DNA from: an uncultured Bacilli bacterium
GTDB taxonomy: Bacteria; Bacillota_I; Bacilli_A; RF39; UBA660
NCBI GenBank assembly: GCA_934162195.1
Contig: CAKPHO010000005.1
Span: 6,515 to 70,514 of the forward strand
Reading direction: 5' to 3'
Length of the DNA stretch: 64,000 nt
Position 1 is the first letter of the stretch; every line of letters starts with the position of its first letter. The notes beneath the pieces are model-generated. The model was not told the origin of the DNA, made no database searches, and saw only the letters and a list, made by a program, of their open reading frames with translations. This document shows positions 18,290 to 28,527 of this stretch, in pieces. Position numbers and translations under genes: made by a program.

Positions 18290-19336
18290 ATGAAGAAAAA
18301 AGGCTTTACTTTAATAGAATTACTAGCGGTAATAGTAGTATTAGCTATCATTGCTCTAATAGCAACACCAATAGTAATGAGTGCAATTGAAAAATCAAAG
18401 AAAGGAGCAGCTGAGAGAAGTGCGGATAGCTACATCAAACAAGTAGAAACAGCAGTAGCAACAGAACGACTAGATGGAAATGAAGTCCAAAATGGAACAT
18501 ACGAAATAGATGGTGAAGGGAATTTAACAGGAAAAGGATTGCCAAACAATAAATTAGTTATTGACATGAAAGGAAATAAACCAATATCTGGAACAATAAC
18601 AATAAAAGATGGACAAGTAACAAATGATTCTAAGATGACAATTGGTGATTATGATGTTAAATATAATGAAGATAAAAAGAAATATGAAGCAACAAAAAGT
18701 GGTGGGACAAATCCAGATACACCATCAGTAAAAACATTATGTACTAAAAAAGAAGGAGTAGATTTAAATAATTTAGCTTCTGGAAATGAATTTACTTGTG
18801 AATTAGGAGATAATGATGCAAAAACATTTTATGTCTTAGAAACAAATGAGGATAATGTATCATTAATAATGAATGCTAATATTGATTCAAATGGAAAAGC
18901 TATAACGCCAGATAACATTCCAGATGATAAAGGATTAGTTGCATGGTCGGAAGACGGAAGCAATCATAAGGATGATGATGAATCAGCACAAGCAGTAACA
19001 GCAAAGGCATACTTATCATCAAGTACAACAAATTGGACTAAACTAAATCAATCACAAATTAAATTACCAACGGCAAGTCAGATTGCAGCAACGGCAGGGA
19101 CAACATTTGATGGTGTTAGTATGATAATGGGTTTACCAGCATGGATATATGATAACATGGATGGTACAGCAAATGCTGTATCTGGAATACCTGCTTATTG
19201 GACATCAACACCTTATAAATCTAATGATACTAATGCTTGGGGTGGTGGTGCTTACTCCAATCTAAGTAATTATAGTAGCGCAAGTACTTACGGTATACGT
19301 CCAGTAATAACTGTCTTAAAATCTGATCTTTCGTAA
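18290..19336 (+). CDS. Modular pilin-like protein: prepilin N-terminus + DUF1566/Lcl-like C-terminal module
   Basis: MKKKGFTLIELLAVIVVLAIIALIATPIVM; the first ~45 codons are nearly identical at nucleotide level to 26370 and 53768; C-terminal motif YWTSTPY...AWGGGAY...YGIRPVITVLKSDLS. Confidence 0.8.
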   Translation: MKKKGFTLIELLAVIVVLAIIALIATPIVMSAIEKSKKGAAERSADSYIKQVETAVATERLDGNEVQNGTYEIDGEGNLTGKGLPNNKLVIDMKGNKPISGTITIKDGQVTNDSKMTIGDYDVKYNEDKKKYEATKSGGTNPDTPSVKTLCTKKEGVDLNNLASGNEFTCELGDNDAKTFYVLETNEDNVSLIMNANIDSNGKAITPDNIPDDKGLVAWSEDGSNHKDDDESAQAVTAKAYLSSSTTNWTKLNQSQIKLPTASQIAATAGTTFDGVSMIMGLPAWIYDNMDGTANAVSGIPAYWTSTPYKSNDTNAWGGGAYSNLSNYSSASTYGIRPVITVLKSDLS

Positions 19337-19361
19337 TAAGATGATGGATAATATAAAATAA

Positions 19362-19410
19362 AAAATAGTTAAAATATGATCAATTGATTGTGATTTTAAC
19401 TATTTTTTAA
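19362..19410 (+). terminator. Strong intrinsic terminator (14-bp perfect stem AAAATAGTTAAAAT / ATTTTAACTATTTT)
   Basis: Perfect inverted repeat with a 17-nt loop, followed by TTTTAATTG. Confidence 0.7.
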
Positions 19411-19455
19411 TTGATTATTTGCACTTAAATCTGTATAATAATCATAGGTGAAATT

Positions 19456-21258
19456 ATGAAGCAGGAAAATATAAGAAATTTTTCTATTATTGCTCATATC
19501 GATCATGGCAAGAGTACTTTAGCTGATCGTATTTTGGAACTTACTGGGGCAATAGATGAAAGGGAAAAACAAGAACAATTATTAGATAATATGGAACTTG
19601 AAAGAGAACGAGGTATTACAATTAAGTTAAATGCGGTAAGACTTAAATATCATTATAAAGATGAAGATTATATGTTAAACTTAATTGATACTCCAGGTCA
19701 TGTTGATTTTACGTATGAAGTATCACGTAGTTTGGCAGCATGTGAAGGAGCTATTCTTGTTGTTGATGCAGCACAAGGGATTGAAGCTCAGACTTTAGCA
19801 AATCTTTATCTAGCTTTGGATAATGATTTAACAATTATTCCTGTTATAAATAAAATAGATTTACCTAATGCTGATCCTGAAAAAGTAAAGAAAGAACTAA
19901 TGGATACATTAGGATTTAATGAAGATGAAATAATTTTAACGAGTGCAAAAAATGGAATTGGTATTAAAGAATTGGTAGAAACAATTATAGAAAGAGTACC
20001 TAGTCCTAAAGGTAATAAAAAGAATAAGTTACAGGCTTTAATATTTGACAGTATATATGATCCTTATCGTGGTATTATCACATTATCTAGAGTGATGGAT
20101 GGTAGTGTTAAAGTTGGGGATAAAATAAAAATGATGGCAACTGGTGCTACTTATGATATTACAGAGATTTTGGTTCATAACCCTAAAGAAGTTAAAGTTG
20201 ATAAATTGGGTCCTGGAGAAGTAGGATGTATATGTGCTAGTATTAAAAGTATTAATGATGTAAAAGTGGGGGATACCATTACTAATGATGATGATCCTGC
20301 AAGTAAACCTTTACCGGGGTATAAACCTATGAAACCAATGGTATTTTGTGGACTTTATCCAATTGAGTCGTCACGTTATCCAGAACTTCGTGAAGCGTTA
20401 GAAAAACTAAAATTGAATGATGCTTCTTTAGAGTTCGAACCTGAAACATCAAAAGCTTTAGGTTTTGGATTTAGATGTGGGTTCCTAGGACTTTTACATA
20501 TGGATATTATTGAAGAGAGAATTGAAAGAGAATTTAAAATAGATTTAATTGCAACTTCTCCTTCTGTTGTTTACGAAGTAACACTAACTGATCATTCTAC
20601 CGTAATTATTGATAGTCCAGTTAAAATGCCTGATAAACAAAAAATATTGGATATTAAAGAACCGTATATCAGAACTAATATCTTTGTGCCTAGTGAATAT
20701 ATAGGTCCAATAATGGAATTATGTCAAGATAAGCGTGGTAATTATATTTCTATGGAATATTTAGACCCTACACGTGTTAATATTCATTATGAAATTCCAC
20801 TATCGGAAATTGTATATGATTTTTTTGATAAGTTAAAATCTACAACTAAGGGTTATGCTTCTTTTGACTATGAATTGATTGGGTATAAAAGTAGTGATTT
20901 GGTTAAAATGGATATTTTACTTAATGGTGAAGTTGTCGATGCTTTAAGTGTTATTGTTCATAAGGATTTTGCATATAAGCGTGGTAGAAGTTTTGTTGAG
21001 CAATTGCGAAAATTAATTCCTCGCCAACAGTTTGAGGTTCCAATTCAAGCATGCCTTGGAAATAAAGCTATTGCTCGTGAAACTGTTAAAGCAGTACGTA
21101 AGGATGTTTTAGCTAAATGTTATGGTGGAGATGTTTCACGTAAAAGAAAGTTACTTGAAAAACAAAAGGAAGGTAAAAAAAGAATGAAAATGGTAGGTAG
21201 TGTTGAAATACCACAAGAAGCATTCTTGGCTGTTTTAAGCATGGAGGATGAAAAATGA
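19456..21258 (+). CDS. lepA: Elongation factor 4 (LepA)
   Basis: G-domain motifs [22 protein letters not shown]; LepA-specific C-terminal domain; ~600 aa. Confidence 0.92.
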   Translation: MKQENIRNFSIIAHIDHGKSTLADRILELTGAIDEREKQEQLLDNMELERERGITIKLNAVRLKYHYKDEDYMLNLIDTPGHVDFTYEVSRSLAACEGAILVVDAAQGIEAQTLANLYLALDNDLTIIPVINKIDLPNADPEKVKKELMDTLGFNEDEIILTSAKNGIGIKELVETIIERVPSPKGNKKNKLQALIFDSIYDPYRGIITLSRVMDGSVKVGDKIKMMATGATYDITEILVHNPKEVKVDKLGPGEVGCICASIKSINDVKVGDTITNDDDPASKPLPGYKPMKPMVFCGLYPIESSRYPELREALEKLKLNDASLEFEPETSKALGFGFRCGFLGLLHMDIIEERIEREFKIDLIATSPSVVYEVTLTDHSTVIIDSPVKMPDKQKILDIKEPYIRTNIFVPSEYIGPIMELCQDKRGNYISMEYLDPTRVNIHYEIPLSEIVYDFFDKLKSTTKGYASFDYELIGYKSSDLVKMDILLNGEVVDALSVIVHKDFAYKRGRSFVEQLRKLIPRQQFEVPIQACLGNKAIARETVKAVRKDVLAKCYGGDVSRKRKLLEKQKEGKKRMKMVGSVEIPQEAFLAVLSMEDEK

Positions 21259-21674
21259 CAATAGGTGAATTAACAAATATAGCTAATGAGTATTTAAATG
21301 AAAATATTTCATTAAGGGAGTTATCGTCCCGTCATGGAATATCTAAATCATCTTTGGTTAGGTATTTTAATAGGCAACAATTGATTGTTTTACCATATAA
21401 CTTACAGATGAAAGTAGATGCTAAAAAAGAAAAAAATTGGATTGATGGTAAATCGACTAGTGGTAATTTAGGATATAAAACAGCAACTAAAGAAGAAATA
21501 CAAGCGATGGCTAATATGGCGATAGAAAACAACTTGTCACTAAGGGAACTTTCTAATGTTGTTAATGTAAGTTATACTACACTGTATTCATTCTTCACTG
21601 TAGAAAATCTGGGAGTTGAATTATATCAACAGGTTTTAAATTTATATAGTGAAAATAAAAATAAAAGAAAATAA
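21255..21674 (+). CDS. Hypothetical DNA-binding protein with duplicated helix-turn-helix-like segments
   Basis: Two repeats of the pattern LRELS...ISKSSL / [15 protein letters not shown]; overlaps the lepA stop (ATGA). Confidence 0.45.
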   Translation: MTIGELTNIANEYLNENISLRELSSRHGISKSSLVRYFNRQQLIVLPYNLQMKVDAKKEKNWIDGKSTSGNLGYKTATKEEIQAMANMAIENNLSLRELSNVVNVSYTTLYSFFTVENLGVELYQQVLNLYSENKNKRK

Positions 21675-21695
21675 TCATTTCTGAAGATTATTTTC
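21667..21695. terminator. Bidirectional terminator hairpin (GAAAATAATC-9nt-GATTATTTTC) containing both convergent stop codons
   Basis: Perfect 10-bp inverted repeat; the TAA (21672..21674) of the + gene and the TGA (21675..21677, minus strand) of the fic-like gene lie inside the stem. Confidence 0.6.
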
Positions 21696-22298
21696 TTTTT
21701 CTTTTTGAACTATAGCTTTCATAAATTCCATTTCTAACATGCTAGGATATATGTATCTTTGTACTGTTCCCATTAAAAGATTTTTACTATCCATTTTAGT
21801 ATAATCAATATCTAGTGGACCACAAGGAAGGTTTTTGCTTTTCTCTAAAACAAATTCTCTCATAAATATTCTTATTGTTCTTCCATTTCCTTCTCTAAAG
21901 GGATGAACCATAATTAAATCGTGATAAAAAGGAGCAATATAAAAGGCTAATTCTGGAATTGAAGAAATATTTCCAATCTTATTTAAATCATTAAGAATTT
22001 CATCTAAAGATTTAGTGATATTTTGTGGATTGCAGAAACTAGTCCTATCTTTTCCTAAAGTGCATAATCTTATTTCTCCTGCAAAAGGATATATTTTTCC
22101 AAAAACAAATTTATGAATTTTTTTTAAATCTTCAATATCAAAATTTTTACATATTGGTTTTAAATATAGCGTAGCCATTGTTTTTCTAGTAATAGCTCTT
22201 TCTGTTTCTTTTAATTTTTCTAAGCTTGTAATATTTAAATTATTTTTTAAAACATCTGTTCCTTCAATTAAATAATCATCCCAATGATCTATTTCCAT
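21675..22298 (-). CDS. Fic/Doc-family protein (AMPylase-type)
   Basis: Canonical Fic motif HPFREGNGRTIR (HxFx[D/E]GNGRxxR); start taken at MEIDHW, supported by an AGGATGG RBS. Confidence 0.8.
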   Translation of the reverse strand: MEIDHWDDYLIEGTDVLKNNLNITSLEKLKETERAITRKTMATLYLKPICKNFDIEDLKKIHKFVFGKIYPFAGEIRLCTLGKDRTSFCNPQNITKSLDEILNDLNKIGNISSIPELAFYIAPFYHDLIMVHPFREGNGRTIRIFMREFVLEKSKNLPCGPLDIDYTKMDSKNLLMGTVQRYIYPSMLEMEFMKAIVQKEKENNLQK

Positions 22299-22443
22299 TA
22301 TAACCATCCTTAATTTTAGTCTTTTTTTTGTTATTGTCTTCGGTTTTTGTTTTAATGTCAACACTTACTTCTTCAAAGCTAATATTTGCATCTGCCTGTC
22401 TAAGCGCTTCTTTAAGTTTTTTAAGCCTTGCAATCTTATCCAT
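22276..22443 (-). CDS. Small Lys-rich ORF (55 aa) overlapping the fic start; possible partner or antitoxin-like protein
   Basis: ATG preceded by AAGGAAG; MDKIARLKKLKEALRQADANISFEEV...; overlaps the first 23 nt of fic; not in the ORF track (<60 aa). Confidence 0.3.
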   Translation of the reverse strand: MDKIARLKKLKEALRQADANISFEEVSVDIKTKTEDNNKKKTKIKDGYNGNRSLG

Positions 22444-22543
22444 ACATAACACTTCCTTATTTCATTTTATCATATTTTTTTAATATGTACTATTATATTT
22501 GCTTATGAATAATCATTTTGTTATAATATTTGTAGAAAAGAGA

Positions 22544-23662
22544 ATGTTTATGAAGTCGTGTTATATCCATATTCCATTTTGTAAAACAATTTGTTCTTAT
22601 TGTGATTTCTGCAAATTTTATTATCAAAAAAAATGGATTTTAAAATATTTAGAACAATTACGAAAAGAAATAAATCTAAATTATAAAGGTGAAAAATTAA
22701 ACACTATATATATAGGTGGTGGAACACCAACGTCACTTGATTATGATGAATTAAAAATTTTATTGAATATAATAAAAGAGTTAAGATTAAATGATAATTA
22801 TGAATATACGATTGAAGCTAATGTAGAAACTTTAGATTTAGATAAGATAAAATTATTAAAAGAATATGGTATAAATAGAGTAAGTATCGGTGTAGAAAGC
22901 ATTGTTGAAAAAAATATTAAATTTTTAGATCGTCACCACTCTAAAGATGATGTAGCTAGGGTTATTAATTTATTAAAACAGGAAGGTATTAGTAACATTA
23001 ACATTGATTTGATCTATGCTTTACCCCATCAAAGTATAGATGATTTAAAACTTGACTTAGAATTCTTTTTAAGTTTAAATATTCCTCACATATCAACATA
23101 CTCTCTTATAATAGAACCACATACAAAATTATATATAAATAATGAAAAAAATATTGATGAAAAACTTGATTTAGATATGTATAAATACATTTGCAGGGTA
23201 TTAAAAGATAATGGATATGATCACTATGAGATAAGTAATTTTGCTAAACCTAATTTTGAATCAAAACATAATTTAACTTATTGGAATAATGAAAAATATT
23301 ATGGTTTTGGAGTAGGTGCTAGTGGATATATAGATAATATTCGATATGACAATACAAGAAGTATAAACAAATATTTTGATGGTAATTATCGTTTTAGTGA
23401 GGAAGAAGTGGACTTTAATACAAAGGTTGAAAATGAATTTATTTTAGGATTTAGAAAACTTAAAGGAATTAATAAAAAAGACTTTTATAATAAATATAAA
23501 ATAGATATTGATAGTTTAGATGTTATAAACAGATTAAAATTAGAAGAAAAGTTGTTTGAAGATAAAGATAATATATTTATAAATTCAAAGTATATTTATA
23601 CGTCTAATCAAATATTGGTAGAGTTTTTAGGAGGTAATTATGAACAAAGAAGAAATATTTAA
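22544..23662 (+). CDS. hemW: Radical SAM heme chaperone HemW (HemN-like)
   Basis: CxxxCxxC radical-SAM motif (PFCKTICSYCDF), HemN C-terminal domain; conserved lepA-hemW neighbourhood; exact start uncertain (22544/22550). Confidence 0.8.
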   Translation: MFMKSCYIHIPFCKTICSYCDFCKFYYQKKWILKYLEQLRKEINLNYKGEKLNTIYIGGGTPTSLDYDELKILLNIIKELRLNDNYEYTIEANVETLDLDKIKLLKEYGINRVSIGVESIVEKNIKFLDRHHSKDDVARVINLLKQEGISNINIDLIYALPHQSIDDLKLDLEFFLSLNIPHISTYSLIIEPHTKLYINNEKNIDEKLDLDMYKYICRVLKDNGYDHYEISNFAKPNFESKHNLTYWNNEKYYGFGVGASGYIDNIRYDNTRSINKYFDGNYRFSEEEVDFNTKVENEFILGFRKLKGINKKDFYNKYKIDIDSLDVINRLKLEEKLFEDKDNIFINSKYIYTSNQILVEFLGGNYEQRRNI

Positions 23663-24218
23663 AGTAGAAATAGATTATGTATTTAATACAAAGTTAAAAG
23701 AAAATTTGAAGCAGCTAGTGAATTTATTACCGGATTATTTTTTTGAAATACCAGCATCATCAACAGGAAAGTATCATCCTTCTTTTGCTTTGGGAGAAGG
23801 TGGACTTGTAAGGCACACTAAAGCTGCGGTGAGAATTGGTTATGAGCTTTTAAATGATAATTGTATTGGTAATATTTTTAGTGATAATGAAAAAGATTTA
23901 ATTATTATGGCACTTCTTATGCATGATGGTTGTAAATCAGGACTTACTCATGGGCAATATACTGTGGTAAATCATCCCCTTATTGTTTCAAAATTAATCC
24001 AAGATAACAAAGATAAGTTAACTTTAACAGATGAGGAGCTAAAATTATTATGTTCAATGATAGAAACTCATATGGGGGAGTTTAACAAAGATTTTAAAGG
24101 TAATGTGGTTTTACCTTTACCTCAAAATAAATATCAAAAATTTGTTCATATGTGTGACTATTTAGCTAGTAAGAAATTTTTGGATATTAAATTTGAAAAT
24201 AATAATATAGTTGGGTAA
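23640..24218 (+). CDS. HD-domain phosphohydrolase-like protein
   Basis: H...HD motif (ALLMHDGCK); RBS GGAGG. Confidence 0.5.
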   Translation: MNKEEIFKVEIDYVFNTKLKENLKQLVNLLPDYFFEIPASSTGKYHPSFALGEGGLVRHTKAAVRIGYELLNDNCIGNIFSDNEKDLIIMALLMHDGCKSGLTHGQYTVVNHPLIVSKLIQDNKDKLTLTDEELKLLCSMIETHMGEFNKDFKGNVVLPLPQNKYQKFVHMCDYLASKKFLDIKFENNNIVG

Positions 24219-24222
24219 AAGT

Positions 24223-24555
24223 ATGAATGACTTTGATTTAGAAGCAATAGAAAAAAGTTTTGAAGAATATAAAAAAATTGTTAATGAAAAACATTGGGCG
24301 GATTTAACTATTGTAGATATAGAATATGTCACAGATATGGAGAAGAAAAAACAGTTTAAAAACTCACTTAGATATATTATTAATCCTCTTTTATATCATA
24401 TGAAGGCAATGAGAAATTTTAAATTTTCTCATAGTGATAATGAATTAACTTGTAGAAATATGTTAAAAGATATTTTTGATTATTATCAAAAATTAGGATT
24501 TAATAGAAAAGATATAGCTCATATTGCATGTGATAGAAGTAACAAAAAATATTGA
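24223..24555 (+). CDS. Hypothetical protein
   Basis: ORF in an operon context; the track start at 24211 is a TTG, the first ATG is at 24223. Confidence 0.4.
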   Translation: MNDFDLEAIEKSFEEYKKIVNEKHWADLTIVDIEYVTDMEKKKQFKNSLRYIINPLLYHMKAMRNFKFSHSDNELTCRNMLKDIFDYYQKLGFNRKDIAHIACDRSNKKY

Positions 24556-24599
24556 CACGAACAAACGTTTATGATAATATTGTAATGGAGGTAAGATAT

Positions 24600-25379
24600 A
24601 TGGAAAATGTACATGCTAAAGTTAGCTTAGTAGGATATACTAAAACTATTAATGGTGGTGGTCCAGAAGAGATTGTGGCTGCTGCAGGAAAGCTTTGTTA
24701 TTCTAAAGTTGGAGCTAAAGAAATATTAGAAAAAATGACTGAAGAAGATATTGAAAGATTTTTAAACACTTTAAGTAATTTAGGACATTATAGTCCATTC
24801 GAACATGCTAATTTTACTTTTGTTATAGAAGGTATTAGTAGGGCTTGTTCTCATCAAATAGTAAGGCATAGAATCGCTAGTTATTCACAGCAAAGTCAAA
24901 GATATGTTGATCTTAAAGATACTATTAAGGTAATAGTACCTCCAGAAATAGAACAAGATGAAGAAATAAAACAAAAATATATAGATTCAATTGTAAATGA
25001 TTATGATGCTTATGTTGATATTACTACATGTCTTGTCAGTAAATATATAAAAGAAGGTATGAATGAAAAAACAGCTACAAAAAAAGCTTTAGAAGATGCT
25101 AGATTTGCTTTACCTAATGCTTGTGAAACTAAGATAGTGATGACAATGAATGCTAGAAGTTTAATTAATTTCTTTGAAAAAAGATGCTGTAATAGAGCGC
25201 AGTGGGAAATTAAAGAAGTTGCAGATCAAATGTTAGATTTGGTTTTAGAAGTAGCTCCACATCTGTTTGCAAAAGCAGGAGCTAAATGTGCCTTTGGCAT
25301 CTGTCCGGAAGGAAAAATGAGCTGTGGAAAAAAGCAAGAACCTAGAGAACCTCAAAAGGTGAAGAAATATGAGAGGTAA
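24600..25379 (+). CDS. thyX: Flavin-dependent thymidylate synthase ThyX
   Basis: ThyX signature RHRIASYSQQSQR (RHRx7S); RBS GGAGG then ATG at 24600. Confidence 0.88.
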   Translation: MENVHAKVSLVGYTKTINGGGPEEIVAAAGKLCYSKVGAKEILEKMTEEDIERFLNTLSNLGHYSPFEHANFTFVIEGISRACSHQIVRHRIASYSQQSQRYVDLKDTIKVIVPPEIEQDEEIKQKYIDSIVNDYDAYVDITTCLVSKYIKEGMNEKTATKKALEDARFALPNACETKIVMTMNARSLINFFEKRCCNRAQWEIKEVADQMLDLVLEVAPHLFAKAGAKCAFGICPEGKMSCGKKQEPREPQKVKKYER

Positions 25380-26055
25380 ATTAATTGTTGTTGAAGGAAC
25401 TGATTGTTCCGGAAAAGAAACACAGACTAATCTTTTATTAACTAATTTACATAATGATAATATAAAGGTTGAAAAATTTAGTTTTCCTAATTATCAATCT
25501 CCAACAGGAAAAATAATAGGGGGTCCTTATTTAGGAAAAAGTTATATTTGTGATGGTTGGTTTCCAGAAGGAGCTCCAAAAGTAAATCCTAAAGTAGCTG
25601 CTTTATACTATGCGGCTGATAGAAAATATAATATTTATAAAATAAAATTTTTACTTGAAAATGGTGTAAATGTTATTTTAGATAGATATGTATATTCTAA
25701 TATGGCTCACCAAGGTGGAAAAATAAAAGACAGTAATGAAAGATTTGCTATGTATGATTGGCTTGATAAATTAGAATTTAGTTTATTAGAACTTCCTGAA
25801 GCAGATATTAAAGTGTTCTTACATTTACCTGTAGAGCAAGCAACAAAACTTCGCATGGGAAGGGAAGAAGCTTTAGATGAAAACGAAAAAGATATTAATC
25901 ATTTAAAAGATGCTGAAAGAGCTTATATAGAAATTGCAAATAAATATAATTTTAAAACGATAGAATGTAATATAGAAAACAATATAAGAACTATAGAAGA
26001 TATTCAAGATGAATTATACAATTTTATAAAAGAAGAGATTAATATCAGAGAGTAG
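25369..26055 (+). CDS. tmk: Thymidylate kinase
   Basis: P-loop VEGTDCSGKETQ; DRY motif region DRYVYSNMAHQG; overlaps the thyX stop. Confidence 0.85.
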   Translation: MRGKLIVVEGTDCSGKETQTNLLLTNLHNDNIKVEKFSFPNYQSPTGKIIGGPYLGKSYICDGWFPEGAPKVNPKVAALYYAADRKYNIYKIKFLLENGVNVILDRYVYSNMAHQGGKIKDSNERFAMYDWLDKLEFSLLELPEADIKVFLHLPVEQATKLRMGREEALDENEKDINHLKDAERAYIEIANKYNFKTIECNIENNIRTIEDIQDELYNFIKEEINIRE

Positions 26056-26369
26056 TTGTTGTTGTATACTAAATATTATAAAGGTAATGATAGTATGGTT
26101 AAACAGAAAGTATAAAATTAACTTAATAACTCAAATTTGAACTGTGAAGTGGGTGGTATATTTAATCATATTATAAAATTAAATAAAAAAAGCACAAAGA
26201 AACTAGAACTATAAAAGGTCTAAGTATCTTTGTTTTTTTTGCTAAACTTTTATAAAGAAAATGTTGTATAAGTACATAAAGCATCAAAAATATGTATTAT
26301 GACTAGATGTTTATTTTAAATAAAAAAGGGTATAATTAAAATGTAAATCGTATAAGGAGGTAAGAAAAA
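26056..26369. repeat. Conserved upstream module, copy 2 (G3TG2 variant of the G-tract)
   Basis: Aligns with 1722..2001 over ~250 bp; GGGTGG 26151..26156 sits where copies 1 and 3 have G5/G9; TTTAATCATATTATAAA box; degenerate hairpin with T8 (26232..26239); GGGTATAATTA; GGAGG RBS. Confidence 0.7.
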
Positions 26370-27311
26370 ATGAAAAATAAAAAAGGATTTACACTTATCG
26401 AATTACTAGCGGTAATAGTTGTGTTAGCAATAATAGCACTAATAGCAACACCAATAGTAATGAATACAATAAAAAATGCGAAGAAAGGGGCAGCTGAAAG
26501 AAGTGCCGATAGCTACATAAAACAAGTAGAAACAACAGTAGCAGAAGCAAGGTTAGATAATAAAACAGTACCAGATGGAACATATCAAATAGATGAAGAA
26601 GGAAATTTAACAGGAGCAGGCTTACCAGATGGTAAATTAAAAATAGAAATGAATGGAAATAAGCCAACTTCTGGGATAATAGCAATATCAAATGGAGAAG
26701 TTTCACAAACAGGAACAACGATGACAATAGGAGAATATAATTTACGTTATAATGAAACATCAAAAAGCTATACTGCTGAAGTAGCAATTAAATTATGTAA
26801 AAAAGCATCAAGTGTAAATTTAAGTGATTTAAAATTAGGTGACGAATTTACATGTGATTTAGGTGATGAAGAAACAACTAAAAACTTAGTATTCTATGTG
26901 TTAGAAAAAAATGGTTCACAAGTATCTTTGATTATGAATAAAGTATTTACAACTCCAGCTGGAGATAAAGTTCCATATTCAATGAAAGCTAATGTATTTA
27001 AACTTTTCAAATATACTAAACTAGATGAATCACAAATTACTTTACCAAGTGGAGAGCAAATTGCCGCAGCAAGTAATAATACAACTTGGACACCAAGCGG
27101 TTCTAATACAGCTTTAGTTACAAATCAAATGCCAGATTGGTTAAAAACAAATTTAGATGTTACTGGTACATTCTGTTATTGGACATCAACAGCTTATGAT
27201 TCTAGTAAACAATGGGGCGCTGGATTAAAGGGGTTATATGCTGAAACAGCAGGTAATGCAACTTGTGGATTCCGTCCGGTTATAACAGTTTCAATATCTG
27301 CTTTAGGATAG
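26370..27311 (+). CDS. Modular pilin-like protein: prepilin N-terminus + DUF1566/Lcl-like C-terminal module
   Basis: MKNKKGFTLIELLAVIVVLAIIALIATPIVM; YWTSTAYDSSKQWGAG...CGFRPVITVSISALG. Confidence 0.8.
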   Translation: MKNKKGFTLIELLAVIVVLAIIALIATPIVMNTIKNAKKGAAERSADSYIKQVETTVAEARLDNKTVPDGTYQIDEEGNLTGAGLPDGKLKIEMNGNKPTSGIIAISNGEVSQTGTTMTIGEYNLRYNETSKSYTAEVAIKLCKKASSVNLSDLKLGDEFTCDLGDEETTKNLVFYVLEKNGSQVSLIMNKVFTTPAGDKVPYSMKANVFKLFKYTKLDESQITLPSGEQIAAASNNTTWTPSGSNTALVTNQMPDWLKTNLDVTGTFCYWTSTAYDSSKQWGAGLKGLYAETAGNATCGFRPVITVSISALG

Positions 27312-27390
27312 TATAAAAAGAGTGTCTTTGACATTCTTTTTTCTTGACTTGCAAAAAAGAAATAAAACATATATAATTAAACAAGGTGAT

Positions 27391-28527
27391 ATGATGAAGC
27401 AAGATGTTATTTATAATAAATTGTTAAGGGAGGAAAATTTATCTGTTTATGCATGCAAAGATAAAGATGCGATAAGATTTGATGATTTTGTTCCTGATAA
27501 CAGGCCTAATTATTTTAGAGATATTGACAGAATAATTCATTCTATGTCATATGCAAGATATATGGATAAGACTCAAGTTTTTACTAAACAAAAAAATAAT
27601 CATATCACAAAAAGAATGCTTCATGTTCAATTTGTTAGTAAGATTGCTCGTCATATTGGCCGCGCATTATCACTTAACGAAGATTTGATAGAAGCTATTG
27701 CTTTAGGTCATGATGTTGGGCATGTTCCATATGGTCATGTTGGAGAAAAAATATTAGATAAAATTAGTCATGAATATAATGAGGGTAATTTTATGCACAA
27801 TGTTCAAAGTGTAAGAACACTTATGAATATTGAAAGAGAAGGTGAAGGTTTAAATCTATGTGTTCAAGTTTTAGATGGAATACTTTGTCATAATGGCGAA
27901 GAGTTTTTACCTAAATATGAATATAAAGAAAAAACTCCAGAAGAATTCTTAACTGATTATAAAAAGTGTTATAGTGATAAAAAGTTTGGAAATACATTAC
28001 TGCCAATGACATTAGAAGGATGTGTTGTAAGGGTTAGTGATGGTATAGCTTATATAGGTCGTGACTTTGAAGATGCAATGCGCTTAGGTATTATAAATAG
28101 AAGTGACTTTCCTAAAGATGTATCAAAGATTATAGGGGATAATAATGATTCTATAATAAACATTATTATAAAAGATATAATAGCTAATAGTATTGATAAA
28201 AATTATATAGCAATGTCAAAAGAAATATACGAAGCTATGAATAAATTAAAAAGTTTTAATTATGAAGCTGTTTATAGTAAAGCTAATACTGAAATTGATA
28301 TAAAATATGTTGAAGAAAAGTTTAGAGTAGTGTTTGATGCGATGCTTAAAGAAGTAAAAGAAAAAGAGAAGAACAGTGATATATATAAAATTTTCTTGAA
28401 AGATAAAAATGAAAAATATCTAAATGAAACAAATGATGTTAGAATTGTTATAGATTATATAGCTGGTATGACTGATGAGTTTTTTGAATATCAGTACGAT
28501 AAAATAGGTAGGAGGAAATCATGGTAG
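27391..28527 (+). CDS. dGTP triphosphohydrolase-like HD-domain protein
   Basis: HD motif ALGHDVGHVPYGH; length and layout typical of the dGTPase (Dgt) family. Confidence 0.7.
   Translation: MMKQDVIYNKLLREENLSVYACKDKDAIRFDDFVPDNRPNYFRDIDRIIHSMSYARYMDKTQVFTKQKNNHITKRMLHVQFVSKIARHIGRALSLNEDLIEAIALGHDVGHVPYGHVGEKILDKISHEYNEGNFMHNVQSVRTLMNIEREGEGLNLCVQVLDGILCHNGEEFLPKYEYKEKTPEEFLTDYKKCYSDKKFGNTLLPMTLEGCVVRVSDGIAYIGRDFEDAMRLGIINRSDFPKDVSKIIGDNNDSIINIIIKDIIANSIDKNYIAMSKEIYEAMNKLKSFNYEAVYSKANTEIDIKYVEEKFRVVFDAMLKEVKEKEKNSDIYKIFLKDKNEKYLNETNDVRIVIDYIAGMTDEFFEYQYDKIGRRKSW

Noticed and set aside
26395-26787. Minus-strand ORFs rich in Leu/Phe opposite the pilin-like genes (also 53799..54164, 54174..54638, 487..711, 9731..9973)
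   Set aside because: Antisense of AT-rich coding sequence. The translation products are low-complexity Leu/Phe/Tyr strings and overlap well-supported genes.
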